Shown: positions 16,836 through 27,539, numbered from the stretch's first letter. The stretch is 64,000 nt of DNA from an uncultured Desulfatitalea sp. (GCA_963668675.2 CAXXMB010000002.1:2272001-2336000); one strand, 5' to 3'. Numbers and translations: made by a program. Notes: a model not told the origin generated them from the sequence alone.

Positions 16836-19616
16836 TCATACTTTCTTACTTCTATTTTCTTTTTCCTTGAGAGGTATATCGCTTTTGCCTTTACCTCCCG
16901 TTTCATCCAACACTTGACGGATCAGGACCGACAGACGCTCCATGGCCAGCGGTTTGAGGGTGAAGGCGCGGATGCCCAAGGCCAGGGCTTTCTCTTCGGT
17001 CATGTTTTCGGTGTATCCGGTGCACAGGATGATGGGCAGGTCGGGACGAATCTTGAGCAGCTGCCGGGCCAGGTCGTCTCCGGTCATCCCGGGCATCACC
17101 ATGTCGGTGAGGACCAGGTCGAAGGCATCGGGAGTCTCTCGGACGCGTTCAAGGGCCTGGGGGCTGCTGTTGCAGGTCTCGACCTTGTAACCCAGCAGGC
17201 CGAGCATGTGCTTGAGCATGTCGGTCTGGAAAACTTCGTCGTCGACGAAGAGGATACGCTCTTTTCCGGTAGGCAGCTTGGCGGGAGGCTTGGCGGCCGC
17301 TGCCGGTTGGTGTCCTTCGACGATTGGGAAGTAGAGGTCGAAACGGGCGCCTTGGCCTGGCGTGCTCTCTACGGTGACGATGCCGTTGAGGGCGGCGACG
17401 ATGCCGTGGACCACGGAGAGTCCCATGCCGGTGCCTTCACCTTTGGGTTTGGTGGTGAAGAAGGGGTCGAAGACGCGGTTCAAATCTTCTGGGGCGATGC
17501 CGGTGCCGGTGTCGCTGACGGTGAGCCGCTGGCAGAACCCGGGTTTGATATCGGGGTGCCGGCGTATGAAGGCGTCGTCCACATCGAACGCTTCGAGTAC
17601 GACGGTGAGTTTGCCGCCGCCGTTTTGCATGGCGTAGCCGGCGTTGGCGCACAGGTTCATCATCACCTGATGGATCTGGACCGGGTCGGCCTTGATAAAG
17701 GCGTCGCTTTCAAGCCGCTGTTCGATCTTGACGGTAGCTGGCAGGGTGGCGCGTACCAGCTTGAGCACCTCCTTGACGATGGTTTTGATTTGCATCGGCG
17801 TGGGTTCAGCGTCGTTGCGGCGGCTGAAGGTGAGGATCTGTTTGACCAGCTGTTCGGCCCTCTCCCCGGCTTCGAGCACCCGCTTCAGGTAGTCGTGTTG
17901 GGTGGTCTCAGGGGGCATATCGCTGATGACGATCTGGGTGTAGCCGATGATGGCGGCCAGTATGTTGTTGAAGTCGTGGGCGACGCCACCGGCCAGGGTG
18001 CCGAGGGCCTCCATCTTCTGGGCTTGGAGCAGCTGTCGTTCGAGCTGCTGGCGCCGCTGTTCGGCTTCGGTGCGCGCGGTGATGTCGAGCATGATGCCCA
18101 CCAGCCCGGCAGCGCGGCCTTCGGCGTCATTGAATGTGGCTTTGAAGAGCATGAAGTCGCGCGTCCGACCGTCGGCGGTCACAAGGCGCTCCTCCTGATG
18201 TTGGATGCCGGGGGAGGCGACCAGTAGCAGGTCCTGGCGATGAAACGCTTCGGCCCGGTCCTTGAAACTGATATCCCCCAGGTCGATGAGCCGCCTGCCT
18301 AAGATGGCGTTTTTGGAGAGCCCGATGGTTTGGGCGTAGGCGGCGTTGCAGCCGAGAAAGATGCCCTGGTCGTCTTTGTAGAAGACCGGATTGGGGATGG
18401 TGTCGATGAGGGTGTTCAAAAACTCGATGTTGTCCAGGAGAGCTCTTTCCGCCTTCTTGCGATGGGTGATGTCCGATATGACCGTGATCAGGCCGATCAC
18501 CTGCCCCTGGCCATCTGTTTTGTAGCGCCAATCCACCTGTACATCGATGAGGCGGCCGTCCCTGGTGCGATCCCGGCCGAACCAGGGGCTGGGGTGCGGC
18601 TGCTGCTCAACCAGGAAGGCCAGGTGGTCTTTCAGTTGCCGCCGTTCGGTTTCATCGGCCGTCAGGTCGAACATGGAGGTGCCGGTCAGCTCTCCGTCGT
18701 CGTGGCCGTAAAGTTTGGCGTGGGCCGGGTTGACGAAGGTGATGATGCCCCGGGTGTCGATCTCCCGGATGCCGTCGGGGATGGTCTCCACGAGCATGCG
18801 GTAGCGTGATTCGCTCTCTCCCAGGGCGGTATGGGATTCGATAAGATCCCGGGTGCGCTCCTTGACCCGTCTCTCCAGATTGTGGCGGGCCTTGTGCAGC
18901 GCATGGTCCATCTCCCGGTGGGCCAGCATGGCGCTGCCGGCCTTGAAGAGGATCACCGCGGCGATGGCCAGCATGCAGAGGGCGATGATCAGCATGGTCA
19001 GATGGCTGCGCTGTTGTACGGCGGCAAGCTGCGACTGGGCGGCCGAGATGTCGTAGTAGATCTCGAAAGCACCCATGAAGGCCTCGTTGAGCATGATGGG
19101 GACGTAGATCTCCACCACATCCACGGCGGTCTCGGCCCTCTCCAGGGTCAGGCCGCCGCTCTTGACCAGATGGGAGTGGATATGGCCTTTGGCCACTTTA
19201 TCGATGAAGTAGGCGTGCTGGTTGACCGTACCCGCCTCTTGCGGGTCGGTTGAGAAGATCACCCGCCCGTCGGGGTCGAACAGTTTGAGCTTGCGCAGTT
19301 GAAAATCGGTTTTCAGCTCGGCCACCGAGAGCAGCATATCGGCACGCGAGACGGCTTCGTTCAGCGGCACCACGCCGATCTCCAGGGTGCGCATCAGGTG
19401 GACCGCCGTGCGGCGGGCTTCGTCTTCGCTCAGACGGGTGAGCAGGTTGCGGTAGGCGGGTGTCAGGTAGAGCCAGCTATAGAGCGGGAAGAGCAGAGCG
19501 ACCAGCAAAAACGCGATCAGGATGTTGCGCAGGAACGAAACGCCAAGAATATAGTGACCTATCTGGGCGGGTGTATATGAATGTTTTTGGCGCGCGCTTG
19601 GCTGAACGCTCGTCAT
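16836..19616 (-). CDS. Membrane hybrid sensor kinase (2 PAS, HisKA, HATPase, REC)
   Basis: [23 protein letters not shown]-terminal receiver domain; start inferred. Confidence 0.92.
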   Translation of the reverse strand: MTSVQPSARQKHSYTPAQIGHYILGVSFLRNILIAFLLVALLFPLYSWLYLTPAYRNLLTRLSEDEARRTAVHLMRTLEIGVVPLNEAVSRADMLLSVAELKTDFQLRKLKLFDPDGRVIFSTDPQEAGTVNQHAYFIDKVAKGHIHSHLVKSGGLTLERAETAVDVVEIYVPIMLNEAFMGAFEIYYDISAAQSQLAAVQQRSHLTMLIIALCMLAIAAVILFKAGSAMLAHREMDHALHKARHNLERRVKERTRDLIESHTALGESESRYRMLVETIPDGIREIDTRGIITFVNPAHAKLYGHDDGELTGTSMFDLTADETERRQLKDHLAFLVEQQPHPSPWFGRDRTRDGRLIDVQVDWRYKTDGQGQVIGLITVISDITHRKKAERALLDNIEFLNTLIDTIPNPVFYKDDQGIFLGCNAAYAQTIGLSKNAILGRRLIDLGDISFKDRAEAFHRQDLLLVASPGIQHQEERLVTADGRTRDFMLFKATFNDAEGRAAGLVGIMLDITARTEAEQRRQQLERQLLQAQKMEALGTLAGGVAHDFNNILAAIIGYTQIVISDMPPETTQHDYLKRVLEAGERAEQLVKQILTFSRRNDAEPTPMQIKTIVKEVLKLVRATLPATVKIEQRLESDAFIKADPVQIHQVMMNLCANAGYAMQNGGGKLTVVLEAFDVDDAFIRRHPDIKPGFCQRLTVSDTGTGIAPEDLNRVFDPFFTTKPKGEGTGMGLSVVHGIVAALNGIVTVESTPGQGARFDLYFPIVEGHQPAAAAKPPAKLPTGKERILFVDDEVFQTDMLKHMLGLLGYKVETCNSSPQALERVRETPDAFDLVLTDMVMPGMTGDDLARQLLKIRPDLPIILCTGYTENMTEEKALALGIRAFTLKPLAMERLSVLIRQVLDETGGKGKSDIPLKEKENRSKKV

Positions 19617-19714
19617 GGGGTCGCCTTTCGAATCGGAATAGCGTGTCGTGGCTACTACTCTACTACTCCGACGGCGATGAATCAACGGCGATAAATCAAT
19701 TGGGGCGTGGCGCT

Positions 19715-20104
19715 TTATCGCTGCAGCATGTTCTTCAGGCTTCGGGTGATCTCTTCGGCCGATGCGGGTTTGAGAAGGAATTCGTCGGCATCGGCGTACA
19801 TCTGGTTGTTCCGGGCAAAGCGGGTGGAGGTGACCGGCGATGTCTCCGCGGTGAGAATCATGATGGGGATGTGACAGTAGCTGTCATCGCTTTTGAGCGC
19901 TTTGCAGACGGCAAAGCCGTCCGCTTCAGGCATGATGACATCGAGCACGATGGCATCGGGCGGACTGGCCTTGACCTTCCGCAGGCATTCGAGCCCGTCA
20001 TAGGCCACCTCCACTTCGAAACCGGCCCGCTCCAGTATGCGCTGGACCAGGGCGCAGTGGTCGGGTTCGTCGTCCACCACCAGAATCTTTTTTTTGACGT
20101 TCAT
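19715..20104 (-). CDS. Single-domain response regulator
   Basis: ILVVDDE, LDVIMP, LLKP motifs. Confidence 0.9.
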   Translation of the reverse strand: MNVKKKILVVDDEPDHCALVQRILERAGFEVEVAYDGLECLRKVKASPPDAIVLDVIMPEADGFAVCKALKSDDSYCHIPIMILTAETSPVTSTRFARNNQMYADADEFLLKPASAEEITRSLKNMLQR

Positions 20105-20186
20105 GGGGCGCATCCACGCTGGAGCGGAACGGCCGTGCACCCGGCTCGAAAAGGCCGGTCGGATGCACGGCGTGATCGGTTATGCT

Positions 20187-20344
20187 CAATGTCGTTAACT
20201 TCAGCGGACGCATCGGGCGGGCATAAAGCACGCCCCTACGGAATTTTAGAAGAGATGCAGCCGGCAAACATGCGCTACCCTTGTAGGGGCGGGCTTTACG
20301 CCCGCCCGGAGTGGTATCGCATAAACCTTAAGTCAATGACATTG
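20187..20344. repeat. GTAG REP doublet nested in a 15-bp outer inverted repeat
   Basis: CAATGTCGTTAACTT / AAGTCAATGACATTG (13/15) enclosing REPs at 20214-20239 and 20283-20308. Confidence 0.75.
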
Positions 20345-20418
20345 CGGCCATACTGGCAACACACCGGCATGCGGCCATTGAGATGGCCGCGTTTACAGGA
20401 GGCGGTTGCTGACAGGTT

Positions 20419-21360
20419 TTAATCGACTTTGGGCCTGGGCAGCACGCCGGCCCGCTCGGCGATCTCGGGCACCTTGTGCTCCCATTCGATGGCCATCAAA
20501 TGGACGCCGGCCACGCCATCCATCTCCTTGAACTCTTCGATCTGCTCGATGGCGAACTTGATGCCCTCTTCGGCCATCTTGCCTTTGCCGGCGCCTTCGA
20601 TGCGTTTGATCAGCTCGGGGGGTACATCCATGCCCGGCACGAATTTGGCCATGTATTTGGCCATACCGGCACTCTTCATGGGGGTCACCCCTGCCAGGAT
20701 GAAGGCCCGTTCGGTCAGCCCCATATCCACGGCGCGCTTCATAAAGTCACGAAAGCGCGGCATGTTGTATATGCACTGGGTCTGGATGAAGTCGGCGCCC
20801 GCGTCGATCTTGTTGGCCAGGCGGTAGACGCGGAACTCGGTGGGGTCCCCGAAGGGGTTGCTGGCGGCGCCGATGAACATCTTGGGCGGCTCGTCGATCT
20901 CCTCTTCGTTGAGGAACTTGCCCTCGTCGCGCATCTTCTTGGTCAGCGCGATGAGCTGCATGCTGTCGAGGTCGTAGACATTTTTCGATTCAGGATGGTT
21001 GCCGAACTGCTGGTGGTCACCCGAGAGGCAGAGCATGTTGCGGATACCCAGGGCGTAAGCGCCCAGGATGTCGCTCTGCATAGCGATGCGGTTGCGGTCG
21101 CGGCACACCATCTGGAAATTTGGCTCCAGGCCGGCCTGGACCATCAGGGCACTGGCCGCTTTGCTGGACATGCGCACCACGGCAGTCTGGTTGTCGGTGA
21201 CGTTGATGGCGTCGACCACATCGCGCAGGGGCGCCATTTTTTCGTTGAGGTGCTCCACGTTCGCGCCTTTGGGGGGGCCGCATTCACCGGTAAAGGCAAA
21301 GTGGCCGGCCTTGAGCACTTTTTCCAGGTTGCTTCCGGATTTGTAGCCGTTGTCGCTCAT
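20419..21360 (-). CDS. metF: Methylenetetrahydrofolate reductase
   Basis: ECGPPKG, NVTDNQTA, CRDRNRIA, GADFIQTQ motifs. Confidence 0.93.
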   Translation of the reverse strand: MSDNGYKSGSNLEKVLKAGHFAFTGECGPPKGANVEHLNEKMAPLRDVVDAINVTDNQTAVVRMSSKAASALMVQAGLEPNFQMVCRDRNRIAMQSDILGAYALGIRNMLCLSGDHQQFGNHPESKNVYDLDSMQLIALTKKMRDEGKFLNEEEIDEPPKMFIGAASNPFGDPTEFRVYRLANKIDAGADFIQTQCIYNMPRFRDFMKRAVDMGLTERAFILAGVTPMKSAGMAKYMAKFVPGMDVPPELIKRIEGAGKGKMAEEGIKFAIEQIEEFKEMDGVAGVHLMAIEWEHKVPEIAERAGVLPRPKVD

Positions 21361-22025
21361 TTTACCAACTCCTCCCTTACGCTTCTGCGGGGTCCGCCGT
21401 CACGGGACGTGCGCCAGTCTTTGGCCGCCCAGTATTTGCGCAGGTCTTCCAGGCGTCCCTGCTCGGTCTTCTTGCGCACGATCAGATCCCAGATACAGAC
21501 GATATCTTTGGAGACTTCGCATTTGCCGCCGGCGCTGCCGCCGCAGGGCCCGTGCTGGAGGCTCTTGGAGCAGCGCGCGATGGGGCACATGCCGTCGAAA
21601 AAGTGGGTGATGCAGTTGCCGCACCCTGCACAGCGCTCCTCCCACATGCCGTGCTGCGTTGCGCCGCCCATGAAGGTGGTGTTCACGGCGGGAAAGAAGC
21701 GTTGGTTGGGATAGGCTTCGGAGAGGAACTGGGGGCCGACCCCGCAGGCCATGGAGAAAACGGCGTCGAACTGCTCGCATGTGTCGCGCAGCTGCTCCAC
21801 GTATTCGGGATCGCACTGTCGCTCCAGGACACGTTCTTCGATCTGAATCGGCCGTCCCTGATTTTTACGTGCGATGCGCAGGGTCGAGGCCAGGATCTGG
21901 ACCTCTTTGAGGCCACCGGCGTTGCACACCGTCACGCACCCCTTGCAGCCGACCAACATGATGTTGTCGTACGGCTCGATCATCTCCTGGAGCTCTTCCA
22001 GGGGCTTTCGGTCAGCAATTATCAT
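21357..22025 (-). CDS. metV: MTHFR-associated Cys-rich subunit
   Basis: GCKGCVTVC, RQCD, CAGCGNC, CPIARCSKSLQHGPCGG; overlaps the metF start. Confidence 0.9.
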   Translation of the reverse strand: MIIADRKPLEELQEMIEPYDNIMLVGCKGCVTVCNAGGLKEVQILASTLRIARKNQGRPIQIEERVLERQCDPEYVEQLRDTCEQFDAVFSMACGVGPQFLSEAYPNQRFFPAVNTTFMGGATQHGMWEERCAGCGNCITHFFDGMCPIARCSKSLQHGPCGGSAGGKCEVSKDIVCIWDLIVRKKTEQGRLEDLRKYWAAKDWRTSRDGGPRRSVREELVK

Positions 22026-22115
22026 GATTCACCTCTTATACGGTTTGCCTGAAACACCTTAACGGGTTTTCAATACCTTCGCTTAAAACTGAACACTTCA
22101 AACTTTAAACTTGTT

Positions 22116-22535
22116 TCAATTGCACGGATTGAGCGGGCTCGGTCCCATCGCCTTGGCCCGTTCGGTCATTTCAGTGGCGATTTCGGCGAAGCGCGGGCCC
22201 TGGGCCGACGAGAGGTTGTACATCTCGACGCGTCCCTCATCCATGTTGATCTCTTTGAGCGTGCGCTTCACATACTCGACTTTGCGGCGGGTTTTGATAT
22301 TTCCTTCCAGGAAATGGCATTCACCCTCCAGTCACCCGGCCACATAGACGGCGTCGGCACCGTCCTCGATGGCCCGCAACAGGTGCAGAATATCCACGCG
22401 GCCGGTGCAGGGCACCTGGATCACCTTGACGTTGGGCGGATAGTTGAGCCGCATGGAACCCGCCAGGTCGCCTGCTGCATACGCGCAGTACTTGCAGCAG
22501 AAGGCGACGATCTGGGGTTCGTAGGTTGCACTCAT
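22116..22535 (-). CDS. mvhD: MvhD/FlpD [2Fe-2S] subunit, selenocysteine-containing (139 aa)
   Basis: FCCKYCAY..VPCTGRVD..VYVAG-UGA-LEGECHFLEGN..MYNLSSAQGPRFAE; the UGA at 22332-22334 sits at the conserved Cys position. Confidence 0.92.
22298..22314 (-). promoter_or_regulatory. Candidate SECIS apical hairpin
   Basis: AUUUCCU-GGA-AGGAAAU starting 18 nt after the UGA. Confidence 0.65.
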
Positions 22536-22637
22536 GGCCTTGTCCTTTCATCTGTTGGTTATCTGTTGATTCTTTAAATGTCTGCAATTTTGCTTTCGCG
22601 TCATTCCGGTGAAAGACGGCATATCGTTTTTCACTGA

Positions 22638-25600
22638 TCAACCGGCCAGACATTCGGCGAACAGGGCGTCGGTTTTGGCGATGAGTTGCTCATCGGTAAA
22701 GTGCTTCAGGGTGATGGCCTTTCCCGGGCACTCGGATACGCAGCAACCGCAACCCTGGCACCCGGCCGGGTCGATGATTGCATACCCCTCCTGGCCGATA
22801 TAGGGCACATGGTAGGGGCAGGTGCGCACGCAGGTGAGGCAGACCGCGCAGCGGTCGGGGTCGACCACGGCGGTAATGCCGCCCACCCAGATGGCCTCCT
22901 TGCTCAGAATGGTGGATGCTCGCGAAACGGCGGCCTGGGCCTGGGCGATGGTCTCGTCGATCGATTTGGGGTAGTGGGCCAGGCCGGCCATGAAGATGCC
23001 CTCCGACGCAAAATCCACCGGCCTCAGCTTGGCATGGGCCTCGACCAGGAACCCTTCGGCGTTGATCGGCACCTTGAACAGTTCGAACACATTTTTGTTT
23101 TCGTTGGGCAGCACGGCTGTGGCCAGGACGAGCAGATCCGGATTCAATTCGATGGGGCGCCCCAGGATATGGTCCTTGACGGTGAGGCTGACGGTGTCGC
23201 CGTCCACCGTAACCATGGGTGGGGCCTCCATGTCGAAGCGGATGAAGATGACGCCCATCTCCCGGGCCTTGCGGTAGAGATCCTCACGGAAGCCATAGGT
23301 CCGGATGTCGCGGTAGAGGATGAAGACGTTCATCTCCGGCTTCTGCTCCTTGAGGGCGATGGCCGATTTGACGCTGTGGGTACAGCAGATGCGGCTGCAC
23401 GACGGCCGCTCGGGTGTTCGTGAGCCCACGCACTGTATGAAGGCGGCCGTATCGGCGTCGCCGATGCGTGCGTCGCCGGCGGTCATGGCCTCGTCCATCT
23501 CTTTGTGGGTGAGGATGTTGGGATGCTGGCCGTACATGTATTCGGTCGGTCGGTACTCTTTGCCGCCGGTGGCCAGCACGGTGACGCCGTGCTCGACCGA
23601 TACGGTGTTCGTTTTCTCACCGGCAATGGCGATGCTGGAGTTGAAATTACCGAGGATGCCGGTGGTTGCGACCACTTCGCTGTTGAGAAAAAGGCGGATG
23701 TTGTCGTGGCCGGTCACCCGTTCGATCAGCCCCTGTACGTAGGGGGGTACCTTTTCACCTTGCCAGGTGGACCGCAGCCACAGGGCGTTGCCACCCAGTT
23801 GGTCGCTTCGTTCCACCAGGTAGGCCTGAAACCCCTGGTCGGCAAAGCCCAGGGCCGCTTCCATGCCGGCCACACCACCGCCGATCACCAACCCGGCTTG
23901 GGTGACATCCAGGCTCACCTGATGCAGCGGCTCAATATATGCGGCTTTGGCCACGGCCATGCGCACCAGGTCCTTGGCCTTTTCGGTGGCCTTTTCCGGG
24001 TTGTTCATGTGGACCCAGGTGTCCTGGTCGCGGATGTTGGCCATCTCGAACAGGTACTTGTTCAAGCCGGCTTCGCGGATGGTCTCCTGGAAGAGCGGTT
24101 CGTGGGTGCGCGGCGAGCACGAGGCCACCACCACGCGGTTGATGTTCATCTCCTGGATGACGTCTTTCATCTTGTCCTGGGTGTCCTGGGAGCAGGTGAA
24201 GAGGTTGTCCTCCACATGGACCACATGGGGCAGGGTTCGGGCGTATTCGCGCACGGCCGGTACGTCGGCCACGCCGCCGATGTTGATCCCGCAGTTGCAG
24301 ACGAAGACGCCGACGCGCGGCGCCTGATCGCTCACATCCAGCTCGGGCGGCAGCTGCTTGGAGCGGATCAGGGTGCCCCGGGCGGCGGCCAGGTTGCGGG
24401 CCGCGGATGAGGAGGCGGCCGAGGCCTCCATGACCGATTGGGGGATGTCCTTGGGGCCCTGGAAGACGCCGCACACATAGATGCCGTCCCGGTTGGTGGC
24501 CACCGGGGCCAGGTCGCTGGTCTGGGCGAATTTGTGGGCATTGAGCTCTACACCCATGGTGCCGGCCAGCCGGATGGCCTCTTCGTTGGGTGCCAGGCCC
24601 ACCGAGAGCACCACCATGTCGAAGATCTCCTCGATCAGTTCGCCCTCTTCGTTCACGTAGCGCAGCCGCAGGTTGTCGTCTTCGACAGGATCGATGGTGT
24701 GGACCCGGGAGCGCACGAAGCGCACGCCCTTTTCGTCCTTGCAGCGCATATAGTAGCGCTCGAAGTCCTTGCCGTAGGTGCGCATGTCCATGAAGAAGAT
24801 GGCGGTGTCCAGATCCTTGTTGCTGTGCTCTTTGGCGATGACGGTCTGTTTGGCCGCATACATGCAGCAGACGGCCGAGCAGTAGCTGTGGTCGCACTGG
24901 TTGATGTCGCGCGAGCCGATGCACTGCAGCCAGGCGATCTTATCCGGTTCCTTGTGATCCGAGGGACGCATCAGATGGCCTTCGTAGGGGCCCGAGGCCG
25001 ACAGGACGCGTTCGAACTCCAGCGCCGTGACCACGTTGGGGTGGTTGGCGTAGGAGTAGTATGCATGCTTGCTTGGATCATAGGGGGTGAAGCCTGGCGC
25101 CAGGATGATCGAACCCACCTCCACCTCGGTTCGTTTGGGCAGCATGTCGTGGTTGACCGCCTTGGCCAGGCAGGCGTCCACGCACTGGTAGCACTCGGAG
25201 CAGATGCCGCACTTGAGGCAGCGCTCGGCTTCGAGCTTGGCTTCGTTCTCGTCGTAGCCGTACGAGACCTCCAGGAAGTTGCACTCGCGCGCCTCGGGGT
25301 CGAGACAGCGGACGGTGACCCGCTTTTTCTTCTCTTCGTGGGCGGTTTCGGGTTTGACGAACTCCCACTTCTTCTCGCGGCCCTCTTTCAAATCCTGGCC
25401 GTTGACGAAGCGGTCGATGCTCTCGGCCGCCTCTTTGCCGCAGGCCACGGCGTCGACCACTGACTTGGGGCCGTAGAAGGCATCGCCGCCGGCAAAGACC
25501 CAGTCGATGGGGGTTTGCAGGGTGACAGGATCGGCTTCGAGGCCTCCGGGACGCGACAGGGCGATGTTCTGCTCTTTCAGTCCGGAGGTGTCGGTGCTCT

Positions 25601-27101
25601 GTCCGATGGCGATGATGATCGTGTCGCCGAAAAAGGGCTGGCAGGCGCTGTCGTCGTAGGCCGGGTTGAAACGGCCGTCCTCGTCGAACACGGCCGTGCA
25701 GGTCTTGAACTCGATGCCTGACACCTTTTTGTTCTTGTCGATGAAGAAGCTCTTGGGGCCGAAGCTGTTGACGATCTGGATGTCGCCCTCCATAGCCTCT
25801 TCGATCTCGTGCTCCCAGGCCGGCATCTCTTCTCTCTTTTCCAGGCAGATCAGGGTGACGTTCTTGGCCCCCTTACGCTTGGCGGTCAGGGCCACGTCGA
25901 TGGCCACGTTGCCACCGCCCACCACGATCACATCTTCGCCGATTTCCACATCCTTGCCCATGGCGGCATCGCGCAGAAATTCAACGCCCTGGAGCACACC
26001 CGCGGCGTCCTCGTTCTCCACGCCCAGGGCCCGACCGCCATGTAGTCCGATCGCCATGAAACACGCCTTGAATCCGTCCTTTTTAAGGCTGTCGAGGGTG
26101 ATGTCCTGGCCGAAGGTGACGCCGCATTTGATCTCCACACCCATCTGGCGGATCATGTCGATCTCGGCCGCCAGGATGTCGCGCGGCAGGCGGTACTCAG
26201 GGATGCCCACACGCATCATGCCGCCGGGTTCGGGCAGCTTTTCAAAGATGGTGACCGGGTAGCCTTTCAGGGTCAGGCTGTAGGCGGCGGTCAATCCGGC
26301 CGGTCCCGAACCGATCACGGCGATCTTCTCTTCGCGCTTCTCCGCCTCGATCTCGGGGATGTAGGTCTCGCCGCTCTGCTTTTCGTAGTCGGCCAGAAAG
26401 CGGTGCAGTTCGCGGATGGCCAGGGGCTGGTCCACATCGTTGCGCGTGCATTCGCCCTCGCAGGGGTGGTGGCACACCCGGCCGCAGACACCAGGGAAGG
26501 GGTGATCCTGCTTGAACAGCTTCAGGGCCTCTTTGTAGCGGCCGTCGTTGATCAGGGCGATGTAGCCCTGGATGCTCACATGGGCCGGACAGGTGGCCTT
26601 GCACGGCGCCGTGCCGCGCTTGTCGATGGCATAGGCGCTGGGCATGCCCTGGGGGTAGAGCTTGAAGGCCGCCTTGCGTTCGCGCAGCCCTTCGTCGAAG
26701 GCGTTGGGCACGTCGATGGGGCAAACTTTGGCGCACTCTCCGCAGGCCGTGCATTTGTCCAATTCGATATAGCGGGGCCGCTCGAGCAGCGTCACTTTGA
26801 AGTTGCCTGCCTCGCCTTCGACCTTCTCCACCTCGGTGGTGGTGAACAGGTCGATGTTCAGATGGCGGCCGGCCTCGACCAGCTTGGGCGAGATGACGCA
26901 CATGGAGCAGTCGTTGGTTGGAAAGGTTTTGTCGAGCTGCGCCATGACGCCGCCGATGGCGGTTTTGCTCTCCACCATCTTGACCAGATAGCCGGAATCA
27001 GCCAGATCCAGTGATGCCTGAATACCGGCAATGCCGCCGCCAACCACCATGACGGACCCTACCACACTCTTTTTCGCATCGGACGTTTTTTCAGATTGCA
27101 T
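22638..27101 (-). CDS. Large HdrA-like flavoprotein with inserted NAD(P)-dependent oxidoreductase (GltD/NfnB-like) module (HdrL type)
   Basis: GGGIAG..LDKTFPTNDC; CGRVCHHPCE, GSGPAG, GGGNVAID insert; second HdrA unit VGVFVCNCG, CSPRTHE; C-terminal 2x[4Fe-4S] motifs. Confidence 0.92.
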   Translation of the reverse strand: MQSEKTSDAKKSVVGSVMVVGGGIAGIQASLDLADSGYLVKMVESKTAIGGVMAQLDKTFPTNDCSMCVISPKLVEAGRHLNIDLFTTTEVEKVEGEAGNFKVTLLERPRYIELDKCTACGECAKVCPIDVPNAFDEGLRERKAAFKLYPQGMPSAYAIDKRGTAPCKATCPAHVSIQGYIALINDGRYKEALKLFKQDHPFPGVCGRVCHHPCEGECTRNDVDQPLAIRELHRFLADYEKQSGETYIPEIEAEKREEKIAVIGSGPAGLTAAYSLTLKGYPVTIFEKLPEPGGMMRVGIPEYRLPRDILAAEIDMIRQMGVEIKCGVTFGQDITLDSLKKDGFKACFMAIGLHGGRALGVENEDAAGVLQGVEFLRDAAMGKDVEIGEDVIVVGGGNVAIDVALTAKRKGAKNVTLICLEKREEMPAWEHEIEEAMEGDIQIVNSFGPKSFFIDKNKKVSGIEFKTCTAVFDEDGRFNPAYDDSACQPFFGDTIIIAIGQSTDTSGLKEQNIALSRPGGLEADPVTLQTPIDWVFAGGDAFYGPKSVVDAVACGKEAAESIDRFVNGQDLKEGREKKWEFVKPETAHEEKKKRVTVRCLDPEARECNFLEVSYGYDENEAKLEAERCLKCGICSECYQCVDACLAKAVNHDMLPKRTEVEVGSIILAPGFTPYDPSKHAYYSYANHPNVVTALEFERVLSASGPYEGHLMRPSDHKEPDKIAWLQCIGSRDINQCDHSYCSAVCCMYAAKQTVIAKEHSNKDLDTAIFFMDMRTYGKDFERYYMRCKDEKGVRFVRSRVHTIDPVEDDNLRLRYVNEEGELIEEIFDMVVLSVGLAPNEEAIRLAGTMGVELNAHKFAQTSDLAPVATNRDGIYVCGVFQGPKDIPQSVMEASAASSSAARNLAAARGTLIRSKQLPPELDVSDQAPRVGVFVCNCGINIGGVADVPAVREYARTLPHVVHVEDNLFTCSQDTQDKMKDVIQEMNINRVVVASCSPRTHEPLFQETIREAGLNKYLFEMANIRDQDTWVHMNNPEKATEKAKDLVRMAVAKAAYIEPLHQVSLDVTQAGLVIGGGVAGMEAALGFADQGFQAYLVERSDQLGGNALWLRSTWQGEKVPPYVQGLIERVTGHDNIRLFLNSEVVATTGILGNFNSSIAIAGEKTNTVSVEHGVTVLATGGKEYRPTEYMYGQHPNILTHKEMDEAMTAGDARIGDADTAAFIQCVGSRTPERPSCSRICCTHSVKSAIALKEQKPEMNVFILYRDIRTYGFREDLYRKAREMGVIFIRFDMEAPPMVTVDGDTVSLTVKDHILGRPIELNPDLLVLATAVLPNENKNVFELFKVPINAEGFLVEAHAKLRPVDFASEGIFMAGLAHYPKSIDETIAQAQAAVSRASTILSKEAIWVGGITAVVDPDRCAVCLTCVRTCPYHVPYIGQEGYAIIDPAGCQGCGCCVSECPGKAITLKHFTDEQLIAKTDALFAECLAG

Positions 27102-27235
27102 CGAAATTCCCCTATAATGTGTTTTTGGTCGCTTCCAAAAAATGTAGCCCGTGTCAGGGCCTCACCTCCGCACAAGGCGCAGCGTTATTGCATTGAGAAG
27201 GGATGATCTGTTTGCGATCAATCCACTTGAAATAT

Positions 27236-27252
27236 AGCAACGGATGTGCCAA
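27236..27252 (-). promoter_or_regulatory. Sigma-54 promoter of the hdrL-mvhD-metVF operon
   Basis: Minus strand TTGGCAC-ATCCG-TTGCT, a perfect -24/-12 consensus. Confidence 0.85.
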
Positions 27253-27464
27253 ATTGGAACGAATCGGCTGATTATATAAAATATGTTATTAATTCAGTTA
27301 GATATTTAATTTTATGGTCGCGACCATGTTGAGGCTGGTAATGATGGCAGGTTTGGATATTATGCCAAAATGGGGCGGTATCGACTTTTTTACTATTAAT
27401 ATAAAGTAGTTAACTATGTATATGCCATTTTGGAATGAATGCATGAAACCGCTCCAAAATGGCA

Positions 27465-27539
27465 CGGGCGGGGATAAACCCCGCCCCTACGAAAAATTGG
27501 TGGCGATCCGTCGTACGGGCGGGGTTTATCCCCGCCCGT
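27465..27539. repeat. GTAG-family REP doublet
   Basis: CGGGCGGGGATAAACCCCGCCCCTACGA and inverted TCGTACGGGCGGGGTTTATCCCCGCCCG. Confidence 0.85.

Noticed and set aside
15126..18227. 1033-aa plus-strand ORF and other long antisense ORFs (e.g. 32015-33433, 57853-59412, 62699-64000)
   Set aside because: Antisense shadows of well-supported genes in GC-rich DNA, with no protein motifs.
22082..22118. Second UGA at the end of mvhD, and AAGTTTR-like short repeats
   Set aside because: The domain is complete and another stop follows within 6 codons; the repeats are too degenerate to call.
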